A DNA stretch of 64,000 nucleotides from Patescibacteria group bacterium. GTDB taxonomy: Bacteria > Patescibacteriota > Microgenomatia > Levybacterales > UBA12049. The stretch is from positions 630,615 through 694,614 of the forward strand of contig JBBTTO010000002.1 of assembly GCA_038064195.1 (NCBI GenBank), given 5' to 3'. The position numbers and the translations under genes are program-made. The notes beneath the pieces were generated by a model. That model was not told the origin of the DNA and ran no database searches. It saw only the letters and a list, made by a program, of their open reading frames with translations. Positions within the stretch are counted from its first letter, which is position 1. Every line of letters starts with the position of its first letter. Positions 1-9,231 of this stretch are shown here, one piece after another.

Positions 1-266
1 TTCTCGACGATATGGTAAAGCTGGGGGTTGTCTTTCTCCTCGATTTTTTGGGCGCCGGTTGTGGCCAGGACAAGCTTATCTGAAAAGAAAAAACTGCCGA
101 CTGAACTGAAAGTAGCAAAGATGAGCGCTATGATTGCGTAAGAACCAGCTTCATTTCCTGATGCCTTGCCATATATATAGCCAATTGTAGTAATAAAAAG
201 CACAAACAAGACCATGATAACCACAGTCTTACGTTTGTTACTTCCGACAGCATTATAGATATTCAT
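1..266 (-). CDS. HtpX-like (M48) zinc metalloprotease, N-terminal fragment; gene continues beyond window start
   Basis: Reverse-strand ATG at ~266 (not in supplied ORF track; hand-counted) translates to MNIYNAVGSNKRKTVVIMVLFVLFITTIGYIYG...LYHIVE, TM segments followed by an HtpX-like N-terminal region. Lies directly downstream of lemA, a common lemA–htpX-like pairing. Confidence 0.4.
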   Translation of the reverse strand, partial: MNIYNAVGSNKRKTVVIMVLFVLFITTIGYIYGKASGNEAGSYAIIALIFATFSSVGSFFFSDKLVLATTGAQKIEEKDNPQLYHIVE

Positions 267-423
267 AGGAGAAATTATTTCATTGTTAAATTGTTGCATT
301 GTCGAGCTACGCCTAACTCTCTCCTGAAAAGAGAGAGAACAATTTAGCAATATAACAATCAAACAATGACCACCACTAAAATTTAACTAGAAAACCTAGC
401 CAGGTAAGTGTAAGTCTTTTACA

Positions 424-975
424 CTAGAATGAAACTTTTACTGCTTTTTTCTCTTCTTCTGTAGCAGCAAAGAAGTCTGCTGGCTTGAAGCCGAATAATG
501 ACCCGATAATGTTACTTGGGAATATGTTCAGCTTGGTGTTAAAGTCCAGTACTGTTGAATTCAAGAACTGTCGCGAGTAGGCAATTTTGTTCTCTGTATC
601 AGTCAGTTCATCCTGCAATTTGCCAAAATTTTCGTTGGCTTTTAACTGGGGATAATTTTCCGCAACTGCAAAAAGAGTCTTAAGCGTACCGCTGAGTTCG
701 TTATTTGCCTCGGCTTTTTCCTTAGTGGAATGGGCCTGCATTAAGCTGGTTCGTGCTTTCGTAATGTTCTCAAGAAGTTCTTTTTCATGCTTGGCATAGC
801 CTTTGACTGTCTCGATCAGGTTAGGGATAAGATCAGTCCGTCTTTTGAGCTGAACGTCAATTTGAGAGAGTGCTTCTGAAATACGTAGCTTTGACCGCAC
901 CAGTCCGTTATAGGTGAACCACAGATAAAGGATTATAACTCCGGCTAGCAGCGTAATAATCATTGAAATATTCAT
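424..975 (-). CDS. lemA: LemA family protein
   Basis: 183 aa. N-terminal TM, then a LemA-type region (…[22 protein letters not shown]…[48 protein letters not shown]…). Confidence 0.8.
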   Translation of the reverse strand: MNISMIITLLAGVIILYLWFTYNGLVRSKLRISEALSQIDVQLKRRTDLIPNLIETVKGYAKHEKELLENITKARTSLMQAHSTKEKAEANNELSGTLKTLFAVAENYPQLKANENFGKLQDELTDTENKIAYSRQFLNSTVLDFNTKLNIFPSNIIGSLFGFKPADFFAATEEEKKAVKVSF

Positions 976-987
976 TCTGTCACCTCC

Positions 988-2751
988 TCAGAGTATAAAC
1001 CACTCATGTAACTTATTATACTCTGTAGCGTTCCAAATGTCATCTTTTGTAGCCCAACCCCGTCTGGCGACAGACACGCCGTACTGCATAAGATCCATTT
1101 GTGATACCGCGTGACTGTCCGTGTTGATAAACAATTTGACTCCATGATTAATGGCCTCTCTGACCATTTTGTCTGAGAGGTCGAGGCGCGAAGGGTAAGC
1201 GTTGATCTCCAGAGCTTTATTTTCAGATTTACAAAAGTCAAAAATCTCCTTCCAGTCCAGATCATAGCCTGGTCTTTCATTAATAAGTCTCCCTGTCGGA
1301 TGGGAGAGTATTTTGGCTTTCGGGTGACTCAGACCTTTAAGAACTCTTTTAGTCATCTCTGCTTTGGACATTGAAAAGACACTGTGAATTGAAACGAGTG
1401 TCCCGTCCAGTAGTTCAAGTGCATCATTTGGCACTGCCAGAGCACCATTAGGCAATATATCCGTTTCGAGTAAAGAAAATATACGAACACTTCTAGTACT
1501 CCTTAGTTGATCAATTTTCTTACTCCGTTGAAGCAAAATTTTATATATTTCTTGCTGAGTATGCTTAGACTGGCTCGGATTATGCTCGGAAAATCCGAGA
1601 TAGTCATAGCCTAAATCGTTAGCCTTTTTTATCATTGTCTCCATTGTGTCTGCACCCATATCGTGACTCGGTTCGATAGGATAGCTGGAGTGGAGATGAA
1701 AATCTCCTTTTATGTCTGATAGCTCGATTAGCTTTGGCAGTTCGTGTTTTTGCGCGAGTTCAATTTCACCGCTGTCTTCACGAAGCTCAGGCGGGATCCA
1801 CTCTAGACCAAGTGCGTGATAAAACTTCTTCTCATCACCGTATTGAATTAGCTTTGAGGGGTTATCTTTCTTTCTGATCCCATACTCTGAGAGTGAGAGT
1901 CCTTTTTTAAGAGCGTATTCACGGAGGTGCACATTGTGTTCCTTACTGCCGGTGAAATGCTGGAGGAGGGAACCGAATGCCTCAGGTGGCTGTACCATGA
2001 GGTCGATATGCTTGCCACCCGAGATCAAAATTGAAGCTGATGCGTCGCCTTTTTCGATAATACGTTCTTTATAGGGGTATTTCGTGAAATACTCGAGTAC
2101 TTTTTGAGGCTCGTTAGTTGCAACAGCGATGTCGACATCGCCGATAGTTTCTTTCCTTCGTCTGAGGCTACCAAGTGGATAGACTTCCTTTACGTCCTTA
2201 CTCATTTTCATGTACTGGACGAGCTTGTCTGCTATCTCACCCGCAAAGGGGAGCGCCATGCGGGTAACTTTATCAACTCCCTGGCCGAATTCCTCAAGAG
2301 CTCGGAGAATATCACTTTGTGACTTCTCGCCGAACCCCTCTAAATCGGCAATTTTGTCTGTCCGGGCCAGTTTTTTTACGTCTGCGATGACGGTTTTGGG
2401 GTCTGTGAGCTTGAAGTGAGATACCAGACGATAGGCTTTCTTAGGGCCAAAGGAGGGAATATCCATAAGCGGGAACAGAGAGAGGGGTATATCCTTCATC
2501 ACGTCATCAAAATGCCTGACTTTGCCGCTCTCCATAAGCTCGGTTAAATGTGCCCTTATAGAGGGGCCTACGCCCGGGAAGCTTTTGAGCCGGTCTTCCT
2601 TGATCAGATCTTTAACTTCTGATGTAGATTGCTCTATTGCGTCTGCTGCCTTTTGATAAGCTATAATTTGGAAGCGGTATTTTTTTTCATCCTTTATGGA
2701 ATAGGCGGCTGCTACGTGACGGAGCAACCTGGCGATATCGTGATTAGTCAT
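988..2751 (-). CDS. polX: DNA polymerase X family protein with C-terminal PHP phosphoesterase domain
   Basis: 587 aa. N-terminal Pol-beta-like HhH/nucleotidyltransferase region (IGDVDIAV motif), C-terminal PHP domain with His-rich motifs (HLHSSY…, FSEHNP…, TDSHAV). Confidence 0.8.
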   Translation of the reverse strand: MTNHDIARLLRHVAAAYSIKDEKKYRFQIIAYQKAADAIEQSTSEVKDLIKEDRLKSFPGVGPSIRAHLTELMESGKVRHFDDVMKDIPLSLFPLMDIPSFGPKKAYRLVSHFKLTDPKTVIADVKKLARTDKIADLEGFGEKSQSDILRALEEFGQGVDKVTRMALPFAGEIADKLVQYMKMSKDVKEVYPLGSLRRRKETIGDVDIAVATNEPQKVLEYFTKYPYKERIIEKGDASASILISGGKHIDLMVQPPEAFGSLLQHFTGSKEHNVHLREYALKKGLSLSEYGIRKKDNPSKLIQYGDEKKFYHALGLEWIPPELREDSGEIELAQKHELPKLIELSDIKGDFHLHSSYPIEPSHDMGADTMETMIKKANDLGYDYLGFSEHNPSQSKHTQQEIYKILLQRSKKIDQLRSTRSVRIFSLLETDILPNGALAVPNDALELLDGTLVSIHSVFSMSKAEMTKRVLKGLSHPKAKILSHPTGRLINERPGYDLDWKEIFDFCKSENKALEINAYPSRLDLSDKMVREAINHGVKLFINTDSHAVSQMDLMQYGVSVARRGWATKDDIWNATEYNKLHEWFIL

Positions 2752-2771
2752 GGGTCAAGTGTAACAAAACG

Positions 2772-2832
2772 TTGACTCCCTAGCAATTATCTGTTAGGAT
2801 ACACCCGTGCTTGGATAAGCACAATTTTTTTT
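2772..2832 (+). promoter_or_regulatory. candidate sigma70-type promoter (TTGACT-17-TAGGAT), then a GTGCTT/AAGCAC hairpin plus T8 tract immediately 5' of tRNA-Asp
   Basis: Hexamers and spacing read directly. The hairpin (2807..2822) plus TTTTTTTT (2825..2832) sits between the putative promoter and the tRNA. No plus-strand gene lies upstream. Confidence 0.3.
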
Positions 2833-2906
2833 GGGGTCGTAGCTCAGTTGGTTAGAGCGCTTCCCTGTCACGGAAGAGGTCGCGGGTTCGAGTCCCGTCG
2901 GCCCCG
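2833..2906 (+). tRNA. tRNA-Asp(GTC)
   Basis: Cloverleaf folds by hand: acceptor GGGGTCG/CGGCCCC (one G·U), D-arm AGCTCAGTTGGTTAGAGC, anticodon loop CTGTCAC (anticodon GTC), T-arm GCGGGTTCGAGTCCCGT. CCA not encoded. Confidence 0.9.
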
Positions 2907-2936
2907 CAACAAAATCTGCCCACCCGAACTAAAGGT

Positions 2937-3701
2937 ATGGCAGCAACTAAAAAGACAACAAAACAAACTGAAAATAAAGAAACGACTCGTCGGAGTCTTG
3001 GAATTAACAATCCGGTGACAGGTGCAGGATTGAATGACTATTTTAAGCTTGGCGAGTCGTATACCAGTTTGGTTCTCGGTATAGTCGTCGTCATCATTGC
3101 CTCCATCCTCTTAGTCTCACTCTTTAAGACACGCCCTACTCCCAAGAAAGATGCTCAGCAGGGGACATCCTCCATCAGTACGGTAGCCAATGCGCCTGTG
3201 ACGCTCAATCCTACTGTGTTAGTTACAGCCACGCCAACACCGACTGTAGCTCAAACAAAGCCCACGCTTACTCCCAAAGTTACTTCTGTTCCTGAAAAGC
3301 CTCGGGCAGGGTCTGAGACCTATACTATCAAGCCAGGTGATGATCTTTGGCATATCGCTGAAAGTAAATATCATGACGGTTATAAGTGGACGTTGATTGC
3401 GCAGGCAAATAAGCTCGACAATCCGGGCCTTATCAATGCGGGGAACAAGCTTGTTCTGCCTGTCGTATCCCAAACAGAAAAGCCGTCAACTCAGCTGGGC
3501 GGCCCGACTGCCACCGCACCGCCAGGTGGATCTTCGATTACTGCCAAGACATATACAGTCGTTCATGGAGATACTCTTTGGGATATTGCGGTACGGGCGT
3601 ATGGTAACGGCTACCGCTGGGTAGAAATCGCAAAAGCTAACAAGCTAAGCAATCCTGAACTGATCCACTCAGGTAATATCCTCTCAATCCCCCGGAAATG
3701 A
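2937..3701 (+). CDS. LysM domain protein (two LysM repeats, N-terminal membrane anchor, Thr/Pro-rich linker)
   Basis: 254 aa. Two LysM motifs: YTIKPGDDLWHIAESKY…LINAGNKLVLP and YTVVHGDTLWDIAVRAYGNGYRW…LIHSGNILSIP. Confidence 0.8.
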   Translation: MAATKKTTKQTENKETTRRSLGINNPVTGAGLNDYFKLGESYTSLVLGIVVVIIASILLVSLFKTRPTPKKDAQQGTSSISTVANAPVTLNPTVLVTATPTPTVAQTKPTLTPKVTSVPEKPRAGSETYTIKPGDDLWHIAESKYHDGYKWTLIAQANKLDNPGLINAGNKLVLPVVSQTEKPSTQLGGPTATAPPGGSSITAKTYTVVHGDTLWDIAVRAYGNGYRWVEIAKANKLSNPELIHSGNILSIPRK

Positions 3702-4132
3702 TAGCTCCAGAGTCCCTCAGACAAATGCTTCCTCAGATGCGCGAAGTAGCGAGACTTGTTAATGAAGATTTACCAATTCTTCTAGGAGATCAATTAGGAG
3801 AGGGAATTACTGTTGATGAAATAGATGATATTGCCGGGTTGGAAAGGGCGGTGTTTTGTCTCGAGCAGATGCGATTAGTTGGGACGTATTGTGGGGAGCG
3901 TTTGGGTGTTATGAATGAGAAAGCAAGTCAGAATCTCTTAGGGAAATTCCATCCCGGAGAAGTTATCATCTTTGAAGATCCTGAAAAAGGGAAAACAGTT
4001 GTATATCAGCCGTATCAGCAAGACTATATTAGAGAGCGCCGTTCAGGCTACATATTTTCCTCGATTACAGTCAACGTCGAAGCCGGATTAGTCCGTCCAG
4101 TAGTTATAGAAGCAGTTAGTGAGGCCCGCTGA
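3698..4132 (+). CDS. hypothetical protein
   Basis: 144-aa ORF overlapping the LysM gene stop by 4 nt (ATGA). No recognisable motif. Confidence 0.45.
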   Translation: MIAPESLRQMLPQMREVARLVNEDLPILLGDQLGEGITVDEIDDIAGLERAVFCLEQMRLVGTYCGERLGVMNEKASQNLLGKFHPGEVIIFEDPEKGKTVVYQPYQQDYIRERRSGYIFSSITVNVEAGLVRPVVIEAVSEAR

Positions 4133-4176
4133 TTATTCCGAGAGTCTGATTTCTATGATATTATTGCAGTAATTCC

Positions 4177-4250
4177 CGCGGGGTTAGTACACCGGTAGTA
4201 TGCTACCTTCCCAAGGTAGAGAAGCGAGTTCGATTCTCGTACCCCGCTCC
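4177..4250 (+). tRNA. tRNA-Gly(CCC), CCA encoded
   Basis: Acceptor GCGGGGT/ACCCCGC, anticodon stem CTACC/GGTAG with loop TTCCCAA (anticodon CCC), T-arm GCGAGTTCGATTCTCGT, 3' TCCA. The first 100 nt of the supplied ORF 4200..4967 overlap it and are probably not coding. Confidence 0.85.
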
Positions 4251-4301
4251 AAATGTACGGAAGTAACCATAAACTCACATAGAGTTACTCTCAAACTACT
4301 T

Positions 4302-4967
4302 ATGACATTACTCATAGCACATCGGGGGAATACAAATTCATTCCGCGAGAATACCCTCGAAGCATTTTTATCAGCTTTTAAGATGGGGGCTGATGGAATT
4401 GAGCTCGATATTCATCTGTTTAATGGCGAAATTGTTGTCGTTCATGATTTTTTATTCAATCAAAATAATAAATACCCAAAACTTAAGGACGTTTTAAGAG
4501 AAATTTATTCAAAAGGAAGAATTGAGATAGAAATAAAGGAGTTTGATTCTAAGATTCTTCAGCCATTGAAAGAAGTACTAAACAAGTTTCCCCGGGCTGA
4601 TTTTGAATTAACAACAAGCGAAATTCCCTTGGCACCATATATCAAGGAAAGTTTTCCTGAAATCCCATTAGGACTGATTTTTCATGACTCACTTTTTCAC
4701 GAATGGATGACGCAAGAACTGGTCAAACAAAAGCTGATTGGTTGGGGCAAATTGGCCAAGGCTGACAGATTACATGTTTCACTCAAAACGTTAAAGCAAT
4801 TCGGACAAGGTGTTCTTGTAGATGAATTGCACAAATCGGGCTTTATTGTTCATTCACATATTTTTAATACTGGAGATCAAAGCAATGACTTTGCAAAAAT
4901 TTCTGAATGGAGTGTCGATCAATGTACTTTTGATAATATCGATATTCTTAAACTAAGGAATACTTAA
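4302..4967 (+). CDS. glycerophosphodiester phosphodiesterase (GP-PDE) family protein
   Basis: Internal ATG at 4302 (MTLLIAHRGNTNSFRENTLEAF…GADGIELDIHL…VVVHD), the typical GP-PDE N-terminal H-R…E-D-H motif pattern. Upstream part of the track ORF overlaps tRNA-Gly. Confidence 0.7.
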   Translation: MTLLIAHRGNTNSFRENTLEAFLSAFKMGADGIELDIHLFNGEIVVVHDFLFNQNNKYPKLKDVLREIYSKGRIEIEIKEFDSKILQPLKEVLNKFPRADFELTTSEIPLAPYIKESFPEIPLGLIFHDSLFHEWMTQELVKQKLIGWGKLAKADRLHVSLKTLKQFGQGVLVDELHKSGFIVHSHIFNTGDQSNDFAKISEWSVDQCTFDNIDILKLRNT

Positions 4968-5015
4968 AGCTTGTATCTGATATAGAATTTCCCAATTGAC
5001 TTACTTGTTTTATTT

Positions 5016-6713
5016 TTGCTAAGATTAATCGTGCCCCGTAGTAAATCAAAGACACACAAAACAAAATTTATCTTCGTCTCAGGTGGAGTCATTTCCGGCA
5101 TCGGAAAAGGCCTAACGGCATCATCCATAGGGTTTCTTCTTAAATCCGCAGGTTATAGCGTCGCCCCGATTAAATTTGAAAATTACCTTAACTTAGACGC
5201 CGGTACTATCAATCCTATAGAACATGGCGATCCTTTCTTGTGTGAAGACGGCACTGAGGCAGATATGGATATAGGGTCATATGAGAAATTTATCGGTGAG
5301 GACATGGGGACAGCGAATTTCGTCACCATGGGCAAAATCTACCAGACGGTAATTGATAAAGAACGCCGATTTGAGTACAACGGTGAAGATGTCGAGGCTA
5401 TACCCCATATAACAGATGAAATAGCCAGGCGGATTCAGCTTCTTGCCAAAAAACGTCAGGCTGACATCGTCCTCATCGAACTCGGTGGTACGGCAGGTGA
5501 GTACCAGAATGTTTTTTATTATGAAGCCTCACGCATCATGACACTGCGTAATCCGGGAGACGTGATTCACGTCCATGTCAGTTATGTGCCGACTCCTGCG
5601 CATTTGGGTGAGCCTAAGACCAAACCCACCCAGCTTTCAGTCCGCACACTTAACTCACTTGGTATCCAACCGGACTTTATCATTGCCCGCTCTGAGAAGT
5701 ATTTGGATAAAAGACGACGGGATCGTTTTGCGCTTTTCTGCAATATGCACCCTGAGGATATTATTTCCAATCCCGATTTGGAAAGTGTTTATGAAATTCC
5801 GCTCACTCTCCATGAGCAGGGACTTGATAGAAGGATCTTAGAAAAACTCGGTTTACCGGTCCATCCGCCCAAACTTGATAAATGGAAGAAATTAGTTGCC
5901 GCGATAAAGGCGCCGAAGAAGCGCACCGTCGAAATTGCCATCATCGGTAAATATTTCGGGACAGGCGAGTACCAGCTGCGTGATTCATACGCTGCACTTT
6001 TTGATGCTATCGACCACGCGGCAACCTACGAGGGAGTTGCGGTTAAGACTCGCTGGGTAGATGCTGAGAAAGTAACGCCTGAGACGGTGGCTGAGGTTGT
6101 CGGTAAGCCGGATGGCATCATCGTGCCGATCGGTTGGGGAGTCAGGGGAGCTGAGGGAATGATAGCTGCTGCCAATTATGCCAGGGAGAAAAAGGTCCCT
6201 TACCTCGGACTCTGTTATGGTATGCAGTTAGCAGTTGTTGCCTATTCCCGCCATATCCTCGGACTTGATAAAGCTAACACTGAAGAGAATGATCCTGAGG
6301 CTGTTGATAAGGTAATTCACTTTATCCCTCACCAAAAAGAGCTTGTGAGACAGCGTGCCTATGGCGGCACGATGCGCCTTGGTGGCTGGGAGGCAATTGT
6401 CAAAAAAGGGACGATCGCTTACGAGGCTTACGCAAAATACGGCGGGCTGCTTGATAAAAAGACAGGACTTACCAGTGAGCGTCATCGTCACCGTTATGAA
6501 TTCAATGATGACTATGCCATAGACTTGGAGAAAGCAGGGCTGGTGATAGCAGCGCGTTCGGTCAAAGAAAATTTAGTTGAGATTGTTGAGCTTCCCCGTG
6601 ACAAACATCCTTTTTACCTGGGGACACAGGGTCATCCGGAGTATAAAAGTCGACCGCTTCATCCTCATCCTCTTTTTATTACTTTTATTCAGGCCTGCGC
6701 CAAACAAAAATAG
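5016..6713 (+). CDS. pyrG: CTP synthase
   Basis: 565 aa. N-terminal synthetase domain (KFIFVSGGVISGIGKGLTASSIG…), C-terminal class I glutamine amidotransferase (GLCYGMQ). Start uncertain: TTG at 5016 or GTG at 5031; a TTGACT-18-TAAGAT promoter-like motif at 4996..5025 would make the mRNA nearly leaderless. Confidence 0.9.
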   Translation: MLRLIVPRSKSKTHKTKFIFVSGGVISGIGKGLTASSIGFLLKSAGYSVAPIKFENYLNLDAGTINPIEHGDPFLCEDGTEADMDIGSYEKFIGEDMGTANFVTMGKIYQTVIDKERRFEYNGEDVEAIPHITDEIARRIQLLAKKRQADIVLIELGGTAGEYQNVFYYEASRIMTLRNPGDVIHVHVSYVPTPAHLGEPKTKPTQLSVRTLNSLGIQPDFIIARSEKYLDKRRRDRFALFCNMHPEDIISNPDLESVYEIPLTLHEQGLDRRILEKLGLPVHPPKLDKWKKLVAAIKAPKKRTVEIAIIGKYFGTGEYQLRDSYAALFDAIDHAATYEGVAVKTRWVDAEKVTPETVAEVVGKPDGIIVPIGWGVRGAEGMIAAANYAREKKVPYLGLCYGMQLAVVAYSRHILGLDKANTEENDPEAVDKVIHFIPHQKELVRQRAYGGTMRLGGWEAIVKKGTIAYEAYAKYGGLLDKKTGLTSERHRHRYEFNDDYAIDLEKAGLVIAARSVKENLVEIVELPRDKHPFYLGTQGHPEYKSRPLHPHPLFITFIQACAKQK

Positions 6714-6811
6714 GAGATCCTCACGATCGCTAATGCGATCTCAGGACAATAGCTTGGGCTAATTACGGAGTTTTGCTTGTAAATTACAGACATTTTCAGT
6801 ATAATCCAAGT

Positions 6812-7096
6812 ATGATTCAAACTATTGATTTTGTACCGGGCGATGTAGTTCGTGTTCATCAGAAAATTCAGGAAGGCGAAAAATTCCGTATTCAGGTATT
6901 TCAGGGTACGGTTCTGCAGATCCGCGGTCGGGGAGAGAGTAAGACTTTTACTGTCCGTAAAGAGGTACAAGGTGTAGCTGTTGAGAAAATTTGGCAAATC
7001 GGTTCACCCCTTCTTGAGAAAGTTGAAGTGAAAGAAAAGCCGAAAGATAAGCCCCGCAGAGCCCGCCTCACCTATCTTCATACCGCCAAACGTTAA
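6812..7096 (+). CDS. rplS: 50S ribosomal protein L19
   Basis: MIQTIDFVPGDVVRVHQKIQEGEKFRIQVFQGTVLQIRGRG…, the classic L19. Internal ATG at 6812 preferred over the track start 6773. TTGTAA-17-TATAAT (6777..6805) ends 6 nt before this ATG. Confidence 0.85.
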   Translation: MIQTIDFVPGDVVRVHQKIQEGEKFRIQVFQGTVLQIRGRGESKTFTVRKEVQGVAVEKIWQIGSPLLEKVEVKEKPKDKPRRARLTYLHTAKR

Positions 7097-7140
7097 ATCT
7101 TCTTTTTTCTTCTCAAATTTGTCATACTCCTTATTGGAGC

Positions 7141-7530
7141 GTGGTTCCTTTTATGTTACGTGGATATAAGAAGCAGTTCGGAGAAAAAGGGGAAAATGAG
7201 GCTTGCGATTACCTTAGCCGTCATGGATATCAGATAGTTGAGCGTAACTTCAGAACTCGTAATGGCGAAATAGATATCATCGCGATTGACAAAGCTGAGA
7301 AACCACCTGCGCTATGTTTTATTGAGGTTAAGAGCCGTTTTTCTGACGAATATGGAGATCCTTTGGAAGCAATTACGTATTTCAAACTGCGGGCTCTTAT
7401 CAGGACAGCTCAGTTCTACATTCTCAGCCATCCCAAATTGCCTCAATTGCTCAGACTTGACGCAATCGCTGTGACTATGGATCATATGGGTAACCTCCGT
7501 GATTTAAAGCTTGTAAAAAATCTTAATTAG
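7141..7530 (+). CDS. YraN family endonuclease (UPF0102)
   Basis: 129 aa. GEKGENEACDYLSRHGYQIVERNFRTRNGEIDIIA…FIEVKSR is the conserved YraN core. Confidence 0.75.
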   Translation: MVPFMLRGYKKQFGEKGENEACDYLSRHGYQIVERNFRTRNGEIDIIAIDKAEKPPALCFIEVKSRFSDEYGDPLEAITYFKLRALIRTAQFYILSHPKLPQLLRLDAIAVTMDHMGNLRDLKLVKNLN

Positions 7531-7546
7531 TGCTATCTTTACGGCC

Positions 7547-8947
7547 ATGTACGATAAAAAAGTAAAAATTGTAGCAACAATCGGTCCTGCGAGTAATTCT
7601 TTTAATACACTTCTAGCACTCGCTAAAGAAGGTGTTGATGTTTTTCGTATCAACCTCTCACATCAACCTCAAGAAGAAATAATAACCTTAGTCAAAAATA
7701 TGCGGGCCGTTGAGGATCGTCTGGGGAGACCGTTAACTATCATGGGTGATTTAGCGGGTCCCAAAATTCGTATCGGTAAAGTGGAGACCGGAACTGTTCT
7801 CAAAAACAATGACGAGGTGGAGATCGTACAAAAGGCAGTTGTCGGGACAGCGCGCAAATTATCGGTTAACTATCCGACCATTATCACGCAACTTAAAAAA
7901 GGAGCAGAAATCTATGTTGATGACGGGAAGATAAGGATGGTAGTTATCCAGGAAGGCAAAGAAAAAGCTGTCGCCAAAGTAGTTGTCGGGGGACCGCTTA
8001 TCTCCTACAAAGGCTTTTACGCTCAGGGACTCTCACTTGAAAATCACGGCCTGACCAAAAAAGATAAAGACGATATCGCATTAATGGTAGAACAGGGAGT
8101 GGATGCGCTGGCTATATCTTTTGTGCAATCAGAAAAAGACGTAGAAGCAGTTCGGCGTTTGTTGCCCCATGACTCAAAGATCGCGCTCATTGCCAAGATT
8201 GAGACAGCCAAGGCAATTGAAAATGTCACTAAAATTATTACAGTATCTGACGGGTTGATGGTCGCCAGAGGTGATCTCGGACTGGCTGTCCCTATGGCTG
8301 AGGTTCCGCATCTGCAAAAGAGACTCATTGATCTATGTCTCCAGCATGCCAAGCCTGTTATTACTGCAACACAAATGCTTGAGTCTATGACTAATAATCC
8401 GCTGCCTACAAGAGCGGAAGTAACGGATGTGGCAAACGCAATTTTAGATGGGACTGACGCAGTTATGCTTTCAGGCGAATCGGCCATGGGTAAATTTCCG
8501 GTTGAGACTGTCAGGATGATGGCACAGATCATAACAAGTGCCGTGCCTCATGTAGTACAGCGGGAATTTGACCATGAGCATGCTGTTGGCAACGCGGTTA
8601 GTGCCAATGTCGGACATGTGGCCAATCAGATCAACGCCCGCCTGGTCGTCGCCTTTACCCACCATGGCAAGTCGGCTCAGCGTATCTCCAGGCACCGCTC
8701 TCAACAGGCAATTATTGCTCTCACACCAGTTAAAGAGACTCTAAGACGCCTTAATTTTAGTTGGGGAGTATTTCCATTCGCTATTGAGCCAACAAAAGGC
8801 TTTACGGATATGACTGAACAGGCCAAAGCAATAGCTTCTAACAATCCGGTCATCAAGCTACATAAAGGCGAGCATTTTGTGATAGCAGCCGGTATGCCCT
8901 TCGGCCAGACCGGAACAACCAACATGATCCTGGTAGAACGAGTATGA
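7547..8947 (+). CDS. pyk: pyruvate kinase
   Basis: 466 aa. KVKIVATIGPAS…FRINLSHQ…, MVARGDLG, and a C-terminal regulatory domain. Confidence 0.9.
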   Translation: MYDKKVKIVATIGPASNSFNTLLALAKEGVDVFRINLSHQPQEEIITLVKNMRAVEDRLGRPLTIMGDLAGPKIRIGKVETGTVLKNNDEVEIVQKAVVGTARKLSVNYPTIITQLKKGAEIYVDDGKIRMVVIQEGKEKAVAKVVVGGPLISYKGFYAQGLSLENHGLTKKDKDDIALMVEQGVDALAISFVQSEKDVEAVRRLLPHDSKIALIAKIETAKAIENVTKIITVSDGLMVARGDLGLAVPMAEVPHLQKRLIDLCLQHAKPVITATQMLESMTNNPLPTRAEVTDVANAILDGTDAVMLSGESAMGKFPVETVRMMAQIITSAVPHVVQREFDHEHAVGNAVSANVGHVANQINARLVVAFTHHGKSAQRISRHRSQQAIIALTPVKETLRRLNFSWGVFPFAIEPTKGFTDMTEQAKAIASNNPVIKLHKGEHFVIAAGMPFGQTGTTNMILVERV

Positions 8948-9231
8948 GTATTGATAATGATCGCCGACCATCAGTTGTTGATAGAATAAAAGCGAAAGGG
9001 GATTTTTTAGTTCCATGGAGACCAGAAGAAGCAGTTGAGCATCCAACTTCTGATGGTGGAAGAGTTGTTTTTCATCCCAGGCTGGATAGAGCGAGTACTG
9101 CGCAATTCAGAGATGTGGAGACGTTCCGCCCTGTATTATTAAGACCTTCGGATGTAGTTCACCTGTATAATGGAGACAACAAATTAGTTAAGCGCTCGCG
9201 GGCACGTAATTTGCCCGTCTCAGAGAGATAA
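8944..9231 (+). CDS. hypothetical small protein (uncertain)
   Basis: 95-aa ORF overlapping the pyk stop by 4 nt and ending where convergent uvrB ends. No motif. A weak CGGGCA/TGCCCG hairpin lies near its 3' end. Confidence 0.25.
   Translation: MSIDNDRRPSVVDRIKAKGDFLVPWRPEEAVEHPTSDGGRVVFHPRLDRASTAQFRDVETFRPVLLRPSDVVHLYNGDNKLVKRSRARNLPVSER

Noticed and set aside
972-1280. 102-aa minus-strand ORF overlapping the polX 3' end
   Set aside because: Nested in another frame of polX with no motif; spurious.
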